Assembly: GCF_009914755.1 (NCBI RefSeq)
Contig: NC_060926.1
From: the human T2T-CHM13v2.0 reference genome, Homo sapiens
Reading direction: 5' to 3' (one strand)
DNA length: 64,000 nucleotides
The notes under the pieces are model-generated. The model saw only the letters and a list, made by a program, of their open reading frames with translations. It was not told the origin of the DNA and did not search any database. The position numbers were made by a program, and so were the translations under genes. Numbering within the stretch: the first letter of the stretch is position 1; every line of letters starts with the position of its first letter. Positions 14,590 through 26,510 of this stretch are shown piece by piece.

Positions 14590-15480
14590 AAGATTGAATT
14601 TTATATTGTATTATATAATTTCTTTAAAATGTGCAAAAGCAGAGAATATCACCAACCCTCATGAATTCATCATAGGGCTTCAGCAATTGTCACCAATTTG
14701 CCACACTAATCTCCCCTAGGCTTTCTCTCTCTTTCTTTTTTTTTAGTTCTTAAAGCAAACTCCAGACATCACATTATTTTAGCCCTAAAGCACACATTTT
14801 GTTATGGTTTAAATGTTTTGAAAACTGAATCCCCAATGAAACAGTGTTGGGAGGTAGGGCCTAATAAGAGGTGTAATCACCTAATGGTCATGAGGGATTC
14901 GTGCCATTACTGGGAAAGAAAGTTCCTTATAAAAGGATGAGTGCAACCTGCTTTTGCCTTTCTCTTTCACCTTCTCTTTGCCCTTGTGCAACGGGATGAC
15001 GAAGAAAGAAGGCCCTCACTGGATGTTGCTCCCTTCATCTTGAGTTCTCTAGTCTCTGGAACCATGAATCAATAAATTTCTGTATATTATAAGTTACGCA
15101 GCCCATGGTATTCTTTTATAGCAGTACAAAACAGAGTAAGACAAATCTCTAAAGAAGGATGATATTTCTTAAACAATCATAATGCATTACCACACATAAT
15201 AAAGCTAACAAAAATTCCTAATTCTATCTAATACTCAGGCCATAATCAAATTTCCCCTCTATGCTAAAAAAATTTTGAAAAATTGGCTTGTACATATCAA
15301 GATCCAGACAGGTCCACTCATTGTATTCAGCTGTTAATAATCTTATCTCTGTCTTAACCCTCAATTTGGAACATTCTCTCAATTCCATTTATTTATTTCT
15401 GGGCCACTGACTTCTTGATGAAACCTAGCCAAATGTCCCGTAGAATGGCTCACATTGTGGATTTGGCTGAATACATATTT
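14590..15480 (-). mobile_element. L1MC-like 3' region
   Basis: aaagcaaactccagacatcac, caagatccagacaggtccac, ccactgacttcttgatgaaacc motifs. Confidence 0.55.
14800..15143 (+). mobile_element. MSTC/MSTD-like MaLR solo LTR
   Basis: tgttatggtttaaatg...aataaatttctgt...gagtaagaca. Confidence 0.8.
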
Positions 15481-15499
15481 TTAAAAAGAAAAAAAAAAG

Positions 15500-15830
15500 G
15501 GTTTTAGTTGTGATTCCATAATATTGGCCTGCCTAAAAGTATCCAAAATATGAAACCCCTGTCAATGAAAGGAATGAGCAAAAGACCATAATGGAGTTAT
15601 TTTAAAAGATATTGGTTTAATGAGCAGCAGACTAATTAGATATAATAAATTGCATTCCCTTTTCTGAATAAGTGTTATTTGGAATGAAAAAGAAAGTTTA
15701 TGGAGTATCTGCCTTTTTGAAAAATATTTGAAATAGTGCTCCTAAGGAATGTAACTAAGGTAAGAATACTCTCAGTTGTGTACCTTGTAAGGGAACGCCA
15801 TTGTATGAATTTAAAAACAATAGGAAAGTC
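15500..15830 (-). pseudogene. Ty3/Gypsy aspartic protease remnant
   Basis: NGVPL...LHSLGA 15754-15737 (cf. LDSGA); about 68 codons later ILLGRPILWNHN 15542-15507 (cf. ILG.PWL..HN). Confidence 0.55.
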
Positions 15831-15902
15831 AGCAAAGAATAAAAGCAGTCTTTGAAATTTGAGAATATGGATATTTTGACTCTATTCCCATTTACTTAAT
15901 AT

Positions 15903-16098
15903 GGTTGGATTGCCAGAAAACAATGTAAGATGCCCAGATAAATTTAAACTTCATATAAGCAACAAATAAGTGTTCTTAGCACAAGTATATCTCATGCAAT
16001 ATTTGGGATATACTTATACTAAAAACTATTCATTATTTGTCTGAAATTCAAACTTAACTGGGCATCTTTTATGTTAATTTGCTAAATCTGGCAACCCA
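15903..16098. mobile_element. MER53 palindromic hAT MITE
   Basis: ttgccaga...tctggcaaccc termini; arms gatgcccag/ctgggcatc; centre catgcaatatttgggatatacttatactaaaa. Confidence 0.88.
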
Positions 16099-16149
16099 TG
16101 GACAAAATCTCTACTATAGTAAGGTGCGGGTGATCTGAGGAGGAGATAT

Positions 16150-16980
16150 GGTGCTGGGGAAGGAGTGCTGCATGAAGACACTGTCAACCTCCTGACCCTG
16201 CTTGTGCAATGTGGGAACAGCCACCCATCTGTGGCATTCTCCAGCTGGTTGCTCAGGAAGTCTGGTTTCCTATTTCTACACATCAACTCCCCCAGGCTGA
16301 GAGTCTGTGGGGACCCTGCCAAACCTGAGTGGAATATGAGAATATGCCTGCCCTGCCCTTTCTCTTTGGGAAACAGGAGTCATAAAGGCCAGAATCCCAA
16401 GAGATTCTGGAAAGAAAATGAGGAAATTGCCATTGCAATTTCCTCAAAGCCCTCTCTGTAAATACCAGGGTATCATAAGACTGAAGATAACACAAAGGAA
16501 AGACAAAGACAGAGGAGAAAATAAAAGAGGGGAAGGAAAATTGCGTCCAAAGATTTTGCCTAAAAAGTCTTCTCAGTAGTCTATGTAACTTAACTCTGAC
16601 CTTCCTAGCAACCAAAGCGAAGAAGAAAATCCACTGGGTTACAGAAATTCTGTGAGTAGGCTAGCGAAAGAAAGCCTCTTCATTCACATAGAAGCAAATG
16701 GTTTTACCGACCCTTGGTTCTAAAGGAAATTTTTACTGGGGCTCATACATATTAAGGATGTATAAGAATTGTTTAGCAGCAACTATTTCTTTTAAGCAAA
16801 ACCAAAACTTTCTTGTGTAGAAATTTCAAAAACTCCACTGCCTATAGGCATTCGAATCTTTTGATGACAGTTTGATATAGTTTATACCCTGTATGTTCTT
16901 AAATATGCAAAGATTTTGCATGTAGATTCTCCCAAACATGGGTAAAATTCCAAGGTAAAATGACTTCATGGCCATCTACA
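16150..16980 (-). pseudogene. Possible Ty3/Gypsy gag remnant
   Basis: LPWNF 16958-16944 (cf. LP..F.G); VEF..W; FLYILNMYEPQ 16768-16736 (cf. F...M...FEDPQ); QGSV 16716-16705; each motif is weak alone. Confidence 0.4.
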
Positions 16981-17224
16981 TTTCATGCCCCCACTCTAGG
17001 CTTTTCTGTTTCTTTGACACCCCTTTCCCCTTTATTAAGGCATACGTCAGTTTTGCCCTTAGTTTCTTGTTTGACGACATGATTTGGATGTGGATTTCCA
17101 TGTTTTTAATTTGGCAACCTTGGACTCTACTTCCACTGCCCCTCCTCCCCACATATGAGTAGCACAAGAAAGTGGCCCTTTTCTCCAGCTTGCCTGTTGC
17201 TATGCCCTAGTTGTACCTGAGTAA

Positions 17225-17704
17225 GGGTGACAGGTTGCTTGCGTTAAAAGCCCCAACTTTTCATACCTCCCTGTATCTATGCCCTTTGGCAGTGCCCTCC
17301 CACACTACTCCTAGGCTTGGCCATGGTCTTGTTTTGGCCAATGAGAAAAGAGCAAATTTGACAAATCAAACTTGAAAAACGTGTGCATATTTCCGTTTGC
17401 TCTCTTGCACAGCTGGGTCCCCTTTCTTGGACTTGTGTCATCACCTCGAGGACAGACCTGAGCTAGCCTGCTGGAGGAATATGCATGACCTGTGCAGACA
17501 GACTGAGTCATCAGCTAAGGCCATCCTAGATCAGCCAGCTCCCTGGCCAACCAGCTAGCTGACCACAGACACGCAAGCAAACCCAGCCCAGGTCAGCAGA
17601 ACCACTAAACTGATTTGTAGCCCCAAGAAAAGTAATAAATGGCTGTTGCCTTAAGATGTTATGTTTTGGGAGAGTTTGTTACACAAGCCATAGTTGACTA
17701 TACA
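17225..17704 (+). mobile_element. MLT1H-like MaLR LTR
   Basis: ctccctgtatctatgccctttggcagtgccctcccacact...gccatcctagatcagccag...ttgttacacaagccatag. Confidence 0.8.
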
Positions 17705-20091
17705 GTAGGAAAGATGAATTTTGTATTTAAATTAATAGTCATTACATTTCTGCACAAAAGTGAGCTCCATGAACTCTTATAAGTTACACGAAGGCATTTT
17801 GTTTTCCCAGAAAATATATTTCTGAGTCTTCTGACATTCAAATGAGTACACTCTTCAATCATCCAAATCCTACTTCTTTAAGAATAAAAGTCAGTGGTGT
17901 CAGTCACTGGCCTGGAAAACTCTAAGCAAAACCTTAATATGGCTCCTCAGTCATCAGATATGAGTCAAATTATTTCAAGGCCAATGGGGTTTGCGTTTGG
18001 GTCAGGAGATTCTGGTATCTCTTAAACAGTCCAGATTGATACCATTATTTGGTGAACCATGAAATTGGTAGCTCCTCTGATATTTTTGATCCAGCATTAA
18101 AAGCTGACTTCACTATTGCAATTCAAGCGTGAATACTTCAATGATTACAAGAAGAGAAAGACACTGGAGGGAAAAGCCACAGAAGAATAAATGCTGTTCA
18201 GAAGAGAAGATTAATCTAGTAAAAACTGTGGAAATGAGAGCAAAGGGTGAGCCTCTGGGTCCCTTAGAAACCACACCTGGTAGTGAGGAGAGAGGGACCA
18301 TTAGGGCCAAGATCAGAGAACTATCCCAGTAAACATATGGCAGTGAATTAAATTATCTTTCAAATGAAAAAATAAAATGTTCCTGGAGTCAATTAGAGCT
18401 GGACCAAGTCCTGACTCTTGTAATTGAATATGGGAAATGATTTGGGGCTGCATTTTATGTTGCTGAAGAGACAGAATATGTGATGCAGATTCTTTTCTTT
18501 AAAATAAAATTCTTTTGCATTTAATTCAAGTACATACAAAAATTTTCGGCCTGGATATAGCAGATCCTCCTAATGATAGAAATGATCTTTTAATAATATT
18601 CTTTTCCAGCAAAAACTTATGGAAATACCCATTTTACTATTAACTGTCTAAAAGACCATATCCTATGCATTGCTAGTTTAGAGCTCAGAAGTCAATTAGT
18701 TTTTAAGCTACTGAAAGTAAGTTTGGAAATTTTGTCAGATCACCTGACTACTCCCATAAAGACACCCATCTAGCAATCAAATTATAACAGACAAATAATT
18801 GATGTTGAAAAGACTTTGACTTAACTGTGGCAAGTGTTCATGCAAAGTTTTGGTAGGGGTTAGGCACAGTCATGATCTTCATACTACAGAAGCATTATTT
18901 CTTATTTTTCTTTAGACAGGTCTTATGCGTGAGGTAGGTCTCTAAACTAGATAGAAACATTCAGTAGAAGGCTTCAGAAATCATCTCAGTTCTTCCCCAA
19001 AGACATAGCCTTCACCAAGGTCACAGCCTGTCAGAGCTATGGACTCCATTCCTAGAAGTCACTTTTGATTTGTGGTGCCCTTCTGTCAAAGTTTATTGTA
19101 CCTGAACACAGCACTGTGCAGCCAGGAGGCACCACGTAACTCTTGTCGATTTGGCATGTTCCTAAGCAGAGGTATGTTATACACAAACACAAACCAGAAA
19201 TCCTTTGTCGAAAATGACCTTCTGTTAAAGCCAGAACTGTGTCAGTTATAACCTTGACACCAGAGACTTTACAGTGAAAATCATTGTGGGGGCTGGGAAA
19301 AAGAGAGAGACAGAGAGAATCCCAACCAAATACAGGAGGGGTACAGAATGTCTGGACAATTTAGGGAGAAATAAAATAAAAGAAGTAATTGAAAGTGAGG
19401 CATTTACCAACAAGAAATAGTCCAAGTGAAACACCACCCATGTAAGCATCCTGGAATTCATGCTTTCCTCAATCAAAAATCTGTCTCCAACTCTAATGAG
19501 CCAATGCTTTTTGGGTACTGTAGTGACTTGTTTCTTATACTGTTGTGCATTTTTACTGATTTTGTTATCATTGGCTCGACATTATGGACAAAAGGAGAGA
19601 AAAAGAAAAGCAAATTACTGAAGTGAGCTTGGAAATGCATATGGTCATATCAAGATGACATTTGAAACACTGGTCCAAGTTTTCCCTTGAATTCCACAGT
19701 TAAGATCACAGAACAATATGGGAAATGAGCCAGATTACATGGTACATTAAAATAAACTAGAGTTATTTCCTCAACCTCATAAAGTAGCCAATGCCACGGA
19801 CCACTGCCTTTCCATGAGATAGAGAAATACTTTCCATCTTTTGGAGAAGTACTATTTTAGTCTTTGGAAACTATATTTGGATTTTTTATTTTATTTTTAT
19901 TTTATTTTCACTATACTTCTCTCCCTTGTTAACATTTCGTATAGTATAAGGCCTCAGCCTCTTCTCTTTGGATGGTAATACTGTGGGTTGGAATAACATA
20001 TTGTTTCAGGTTTTTCCAAGTTTATCAATGATCAAGATGGTTTCCTTTTATAGAGGAGTCAAGGTGCATATTCCAGAAGTTTCTTTGGGAG

Positions 20092-20461
20092 TGATATGGT
20101 TTGGCTGCATCCCCACCCAAAACTCATCTTGAATTGGAGTTCCCATTATCCCCATGTGTTTTGGGAGGGGCCTAGTGGGAGGTAACTTAATCAAAGGGGT
20201 GGTTACCTCTACACTATTCTCGTGATAGTGAGTTCTCACAAGATCTGATGGTTTTATAGGGGGCTTTCCCACCTTTGCTCGGCACTTCTCCTTGCTGCAG
20301 TGATGTGAAGAAGGACATGTTTGCCTCCCCCTCCACCATGATTGTAAATTTCCTGAGGTTTCCCCAACCCTGCAGAACTGCTAGTCAATTAAACCTCTCT
20401 TCTTATTAAATTACCCAGTCTTGGGTATTTCTTCATAGCAGCGTGAGAACAGACTAATACA
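20092..20461 (+). mobile_element. THE1 (C-like) solo LTR
   Basis: tgatatggtttggctg...gactaataca; 5-bp TSD gggag. Confidence 0.93.
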
Positions 20462-20992
20462 GGGAGGATGTTGGTTTTATTTTTCTATTATGAGAAGCAG
20501 CCTTGGTTGTTATTACCAGTATTAGAAAATTAGGTTTATTTATGTCCATTTGTATTATAAACATGAATTACTTTAAATTAATTTAGTATGTTTTTTTAGG
20601 TTGGCTTATTAGATCCAAAAATAACTAAAAGAGAACCAGTTGATTTAAGACCCAACTGCCAAAAATTATATTTAAAATTAGAGTTTTCTTGCTTGCTTCT
20701 CTCTGAGGAACCTTGAGCATGTCTCTTTCTGTAGAATGCTTTTTAGGAATCAGTTTAAAGCTACTTTAAAATCATTCAGCCTAAGGTATTAATTGAAAGT
20801 GGATCTTGTCAGTTTGCTCGGTCCTGGAGTCCGTTTCATAGATTTTAGGAAGTATTAATTCCTACAAGCAAGGCTCATACTCTACCCAGTTAAACTAAAG
20901 ATAGCAGAAAAACAATGTTCCATTGAAACCTGAAAAGTATTTGTCCTTTTAATAAAATAAAAAATAAATACTTTGTTTATTAAATAGAAATA

Positions 20993-21311
<319 letters not shown>

Positions 21312-22109
21312 CTACACTTTGTCAAATATATATCACATAGTGTACTATGAAAAGGAAATAAAAGGTTTTTAATAAGGCAGAGTATATTTTATTATGATAT
21401 TGAAATTGAGAACTTTAGTTTTAAGACTTTGCAATATAGAATGTAATCTATCTATTCTAATTAATGTTGAAAGTGTTTCCCTGTCTTCAAGGCTGTATTT
21501 AAGTCTTGTTTTATTTTTTAATAAAACTTTTACAACTTACATATTTCCCTGGCGTAATTTCCTCTGAGAAATGACTCCACAGTTTGGGCTTATTGTTCTG
21601 TGCTGAGTCATCCTTCCTTTTTCATGAAGGGTAACACACGTTTGTAGCTTAGTAGTTTTATCTGCCAGTTTATCAGTCTTAGTAGTTTTTCAACTTAGTA
21701 GTTTATCAGCCTGTAAAATGTGGGGAGTCTGACAGCCTTCTTTCATTCTGTCCCCTTGCTGTCCCTTTCATACCCACTTCGCAGTGTTTTTGATGGCATG
21801 ACATTCTCAAGAACATCATGGGTCTTCTAAGTATGTCACAAGAGATTCAGTCCATTAGACAAGAGGTTCCTCCACAGTTCCATCCTGGGAAATCCAATCT
21901 CTATTCTTGGCTTTGCTGAGATGGCCAAAGGGATCCTTGAGTCATGCTTACTATTCAAAGTCCTTTGTGTGATTGAATACACTGACTTTTTTATCCTTCC
22001 CAGTTACTAGCAAAAGATTGTCTGTTTTTCTTCCAAAATTATTAATGAAGAAACAGAGACTTGGAAATGTTATTAACCTGCCTAAATCTCTCTCAATTCA
22101 TGATAGCCA

Positions 22110-22413
22110 CACTGTGGTCCTTGATATTCCCCTAATAACAGGGCCTCACTCACCTCAAGTTCATCACTGTTTCTTTTGCCTGGAATATTCTTCTTTCAAA
22201 TTTCTATTGAACTTAGGGCTTTCACAGGATGCAACCCTTTTGGTGCACAACCTGGGAAAGTCTCAGACAAACTGGATAAATTGGTTGCTTGGGTAGAATA
22301 TATACTCTACAAAGGCAGAAGTCTTGGTTATTTATTCATATTTCCACCGCCCCTAGAAGAGAGCCTGTCCTATAGTAGACAATCAGTAAATATTTATTGC
22401 ATGAATAAATGAA
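22110..22413 (+). mobile_element. L2 3' fragments
   Basis: tgcctggaatattcttc; 3' end cagtaaatatttattgcatgaataaatgaa. Confidence 0.65.
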
Positions 22414-22419
22414 TACTAT

Positions 22420-22670
22420 GCAGACTCAGTTGTGGCAATAGGAGGCAGTGAGGACAGCCATAGTGAGTTTGCAGCAGCAACATTCGGTATCAGTGTTGAT
22501 ACTGGAGGCCCAAGATGCGCTGTCCAGAGTCTAGTGGTGGTAAGCATGATATTTCCACCAGATCACTACAGTGGGATTTGGAGCATTTTCTTGGCTATGT
22601 GACATCAACCTGGCTCTTCCACCCTCCCAAATATATATGAACCATTCAATATCACTGGAATAAAATTAGG
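22420..22670 (+). mobile_element. LTR33-like ERVL LTR fragment
   Basis: cagtgggatttggagcattttcttggct...cctggctcttccaccctccca...aataaaatt. Confidence 0.5.
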
Positions 22671-24018
22671 ATATTATTTTTTAAAAAAATTATATAAAAG
22701 AGGTGGGGCCAGCCTATAGACTGCCTCATTTAGATGTGATGCAGTTGAGGAACCCAAATCATGGAGGGACTAGATTACACGACAGAGGGACTGAAGGAGG
22801 GAGAGGTTGACTAGAGATAGACTACCAGTAAGGCCAAGCTAATATTCTAATCCTTACTCTGATATAATGAGGATTCATTCCAAAAGTCGTGAGACTCATG
22901 TTAAAGAGAAGAATTGTTAGACTATTGAGGGCCAGAGATGAAGAGAAAGGAGCCTCAACGATAATTCCAGTTCAATGTTCACTTCCTGTTAGGGCAAACA
23001 AAGGCAAAATAGACCATAATTGTCATCCTAATAACCAAATCAAGCTAGAAAAAGTACAAAATCATATTTCTTAAAACTTAAGAGAGAGTGGAGGATGCAA
23101 AGAACCTAAAAGAACCAAATGCCAGAGAGAGATAGGCTCTTTTTAGGAGAGAAGAGATCCACAGTTGCTCTTATTCTTTTTTTTTTTTTTGTAATACTTT
23201 AAGTTCTAGGGTACATGTGTACAACGTGCAGGTTTGACACATAGGTATACATGTGCCATGTTGGTTTATGGCACCCATCAACTCATCATTTACATTAGGT
23301 ATTTCTCCTAAAGCTATCCCTCCCCCAGCCCCCCACCCCGCAACAGGCCCCGGTGTGTAATGTTCCACTTCCTGTGTCCAAGTGATCTCATTGCTCAATT
23401 CCCACCTATGAGTGAGAACATGCGGTGTTTGGTTGTCCTGGATATCCTTGTTAACCTTCTTTCTCATTGATCTGTCTAATACTGACAGTGGGATGTTAAA
23501 GTCTCCCATTATTACTGTGTGGGAGTCTAAGTCTCTTTGTAGGTCTCTAAGGAGTTGCTTTATGAATCTGGGTGCTCCTGTATTGGGTGCATATATATTT
23601 AGGATGGTTAGCTCTTCTTGTTGAATTGATCCCTTTACCATTATGTAATGGCCTTCTTTGTCTCTTTTGATCTCTGTTGGTTTAAAGTTGTTTTATCAGA
23701 GACTAGGATTGCAAACCCTGCTTTTTTTTGCTTTTCATTTGCTTGGTAGATCTTCCTCCATCCCTTTATTTTGAGCCTATGTGTGTTTTCGCATGTCAGA
23801 TGGGTCTCCTGAATACAGCACACTGGGGTCTTGACTCTATCCAGTTTGCCTGTCTGTGTCTTTTAATTGGGGAACTTAGCCCATTTACATTTAAGGTTAA
23901 TATTTTTTTTTGGTTAATATTGTTTTATGTGAATTTGATCCCATCATTATGATGTTCACTGGTTATTTTGCCCATTAATTAATGCAGTTTCTACATAGCA
24001 TCTATGGTCTTTACAATT

Positions 24019-25033
24019 TCACCTGTTTTTGCAGTGGCTGGTACCAGTTATTTTTTTCATGTTTAGTGCTTCCTTCAGGAGCTCTTGTAAGGGATGCCTG
24101 GTGGTGACAAGATCTCTCAGCATTTGCTTGTCTGTAAAGTATTTTATTTCTTCTTCACTTATGGAGCTTAGTTTGGCTGGATACGAAATTCTGGATTGAA
24201 AATTCTTTTCTTTAAGCATGTTGAAAATGGCCCCCACTCTCTTCTGGCTTGTAGGGTTTCTGCTGAGAGATCTGCTGTTAGTCTGATGGGCTTCCATTTG
24301 TGGGTAACGCGATCTTTCTCTCTGGCTGCCCTTAACACTTTTTCCTTCATTTCAACCTTGGTCAATCTGACAATTATGTGTCTTGGGGTTGCTCTTTTTG
24401 AGGAGTATCTTTGTGGTGTTCTCTGTATTTCCTGAATTTGAATGTTGGCCTGCCTTTCTATGTTGGGGAAGTTCTCCTGGATAATATCCTGTAGAGTGTT
24501 TTCCAACTTGGTTCCATTCTCCCCATCACTTTCAGGTACACCAATCAAACGTAGATTTTCTTTTCACATAGTCCCATATTTCTGGAAGGCTTTGTTCGTT
24601 TCTTTTTAACTCTTTTTTCTCTAACCTTGTTTTCTTGCTTTATTTCATTAATTTGATCTTCAATCACTGATACCCTTTCTTCCACTTGATCGAATTGGCT
24701 ATTGAAGCTTGTCCATGTGTAATGAAGTTCTCGTGCCATGGTTTTCAGCTCCATCAGGTCATTTAAGGTCTTCTCTATACTATTTACTCTAGTTAGCCAT
24801 TTATCTAATCTTTTTTCAAGGTTTTTGGCTTCCTCGCAATGGGTTCAAACATCCTCCTTTAGCTCAGAGAAGTTTGTTGTTACCAACCTTCTGAAGCCTA
24901 CTTCTGTCAACTCATCAAAGTCATTCTCCATCCAGCTTTGTTCCATTCCTGGTGAGGACCTGTGATCCTTTGCAGGGGAAGAGGCACTCTGATTTTTAGA
25001 ATTTTCAGCTTTTTTGCTCTGGTTTCTCCCCAT
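24019..25033 (-). pseudogene. L1 ORF1p, frameshifted
   Basis: Pieces MGRNQSKKAENSKNQSASSP, IGVPESDGENGTKLENTLQDIIQENFPN and RISYPAKLS lie in different frames. Confidence 0.92.
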
Positions 25034-25630
25034 CTTTGTGGTTTTATCTACCTTTGGTCTTTGATGTTGGTGACCTACACATAGGATTTTGGTGTAGATG
25101 ACCTTTTTGTTGATGTTGGTGCTATTCCTTTCCGTTTGTTAGTTTTCCTTCTAACAGTCAAGTCCCTCAGCTGCAGGTCTGTTGGAGTTTGCTGGAGTTC
25201 CACTCCACACCCTGTTTGCCTGGGTATCACCAATAGAGGCTGCAGAACAGCAAATATTGCAGAATGGCAAATATTGCTGCCTCATCCTTCCTCTGGAAGT
25301 TTCGTCCCAGAGGGGCAGCTGCCTGTAAGAGGTGTTGTTTCTTTCTAACTGGGAAGTGTCTCCCAGTTAGGCTCCACAGGGGTAGGGACCCACTTGAGGA
25401 GGCAGTCTGTCCATTCTCAGAGCTCAAACGCCATGCTGGGAGAACCACTGCTCTCTTCAGAGCTGTCAGACAGGGAAGTTTAAGTCTGCAGAAGTTGTCT
25501 GCTGCCTTTTGTTCAGCTATGCTCTGCCCACAGAGGTGGAGTCTAGAGGCAGTAGGCCTTGCTGAGCTGCAGTGGGCTCCACCCAGTTCGAGCTTCCCTG
25601 CCGCTTTGTTTACCTACTCAAGCCTCAGCA

Positions 25631-25825
25631 ATGGTGAACTCCCCTCCCCCAGCCAGGCTGCCACCTCGCAGGTTGATCTCAGACTGCTGCGCTAGCAATG
25701 AGCAAGTCTCCATGGGCGTGGGAGCCACCGAGCCAGGCACGGGAGAGAATCACCTTGTCTGCCAGTTGCTGAGACCTTGGGAAAAGCACAGTATTTGGGT
25801 GGGAGTGTCCCGTTTTTCCAGGTAG
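25631..25825 (+). CDS. L1 antisense ORF0 homologue, open, 64 aa; expression unknown
   Basis: gcaATGG start; MVNSPPPARLPPRRLISDCCASNEQVSMGVGATEPG...VGVSRFSR* aligns with recalled L1HS ORF0 (MAGAPPPASLPPCSLISDCCASNQ...). Confidence 0.6.
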   Translation: MVNSPPPARLPPRRLISDCCASNEQVSMGVGATEPGTGENHLVCQLLRPWEKHSIWVGVSRFSR

Positions 25826-26510
25826 TCTGTCATGGCTTCCCTTGGCTAGGAAAGGGAAATCTCCTGACCTCTTGTGCTTCCCGGGTGAGGCGACACCCCA
25901 CCCTGCTTTGGCTCGCCCTCTGTGGGCTGCACCCACTGTTCAACCAGTCCCAATGAGAAGAACCGGGTACCTCAGTTGGAAATGCAGAAATCACCTGTCT
26001 TCTGCATTGATCATGCTGGAGCTGCAGACGAAAGCTATTCCTATTTGGCCATCTTGGAATGTCCTCCCACAGTTGCTCTTACTCTTAACAGCAGGGCAAG
26101 AAGAAAAGGAATTCAGCTGAATTTTCAACAGACTTAATGGCATGTGGGAGCAGATGTGACAAATGAAAATTCCAAGGAAATGCATCCACAGAGTGAGTCT
26201 ACATCCACCTACCAACATTTTCCCATGGGTCTTCATTAATGCATTAGTGAAATTTCCTAAATATTTGAGACAAGGCAGAAGAACTGAAATAAATCTTTCC
26301 TGAGATACATGATGTCTCTCCCATGTTCAAGGCAATTGCCCCTGGGCAGAGCAAGAGAACTGAGAGAAATTCATCTAAGGCTCTCTAGGCTTCCAGCAGT
26401 ACATGAGACAGGAAAGCTGAAAGAAAACATTTGAGGCATTCTGAGCTTTCAGCAACCAATGCCAAAGTGGAACAGAAAAGCTGGGAGAAATAAAGAAACC
26501 ACTTGGAGGC

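Larger units (their letters stand above)
23174..26066 (-). mobile_element. L1PA (PA5-7-like): 5'UTR, ORF1 and start of ORF2 joined directly to the 3' end
   Basis: 15-bp TSD ccacagttgctctta at 23159-23173 and 26067-26081; poly(A); junction at ~23434-23439. Confidence 0.95.

Noticed and set aside
23171-23641. 156-aa ORF, the longest in the window
   Set aside because: L1 endonuclease fragment fused out of frame to the 3'UTR by the internal deletion; lacks its own ORF2 start and is not a host gene.
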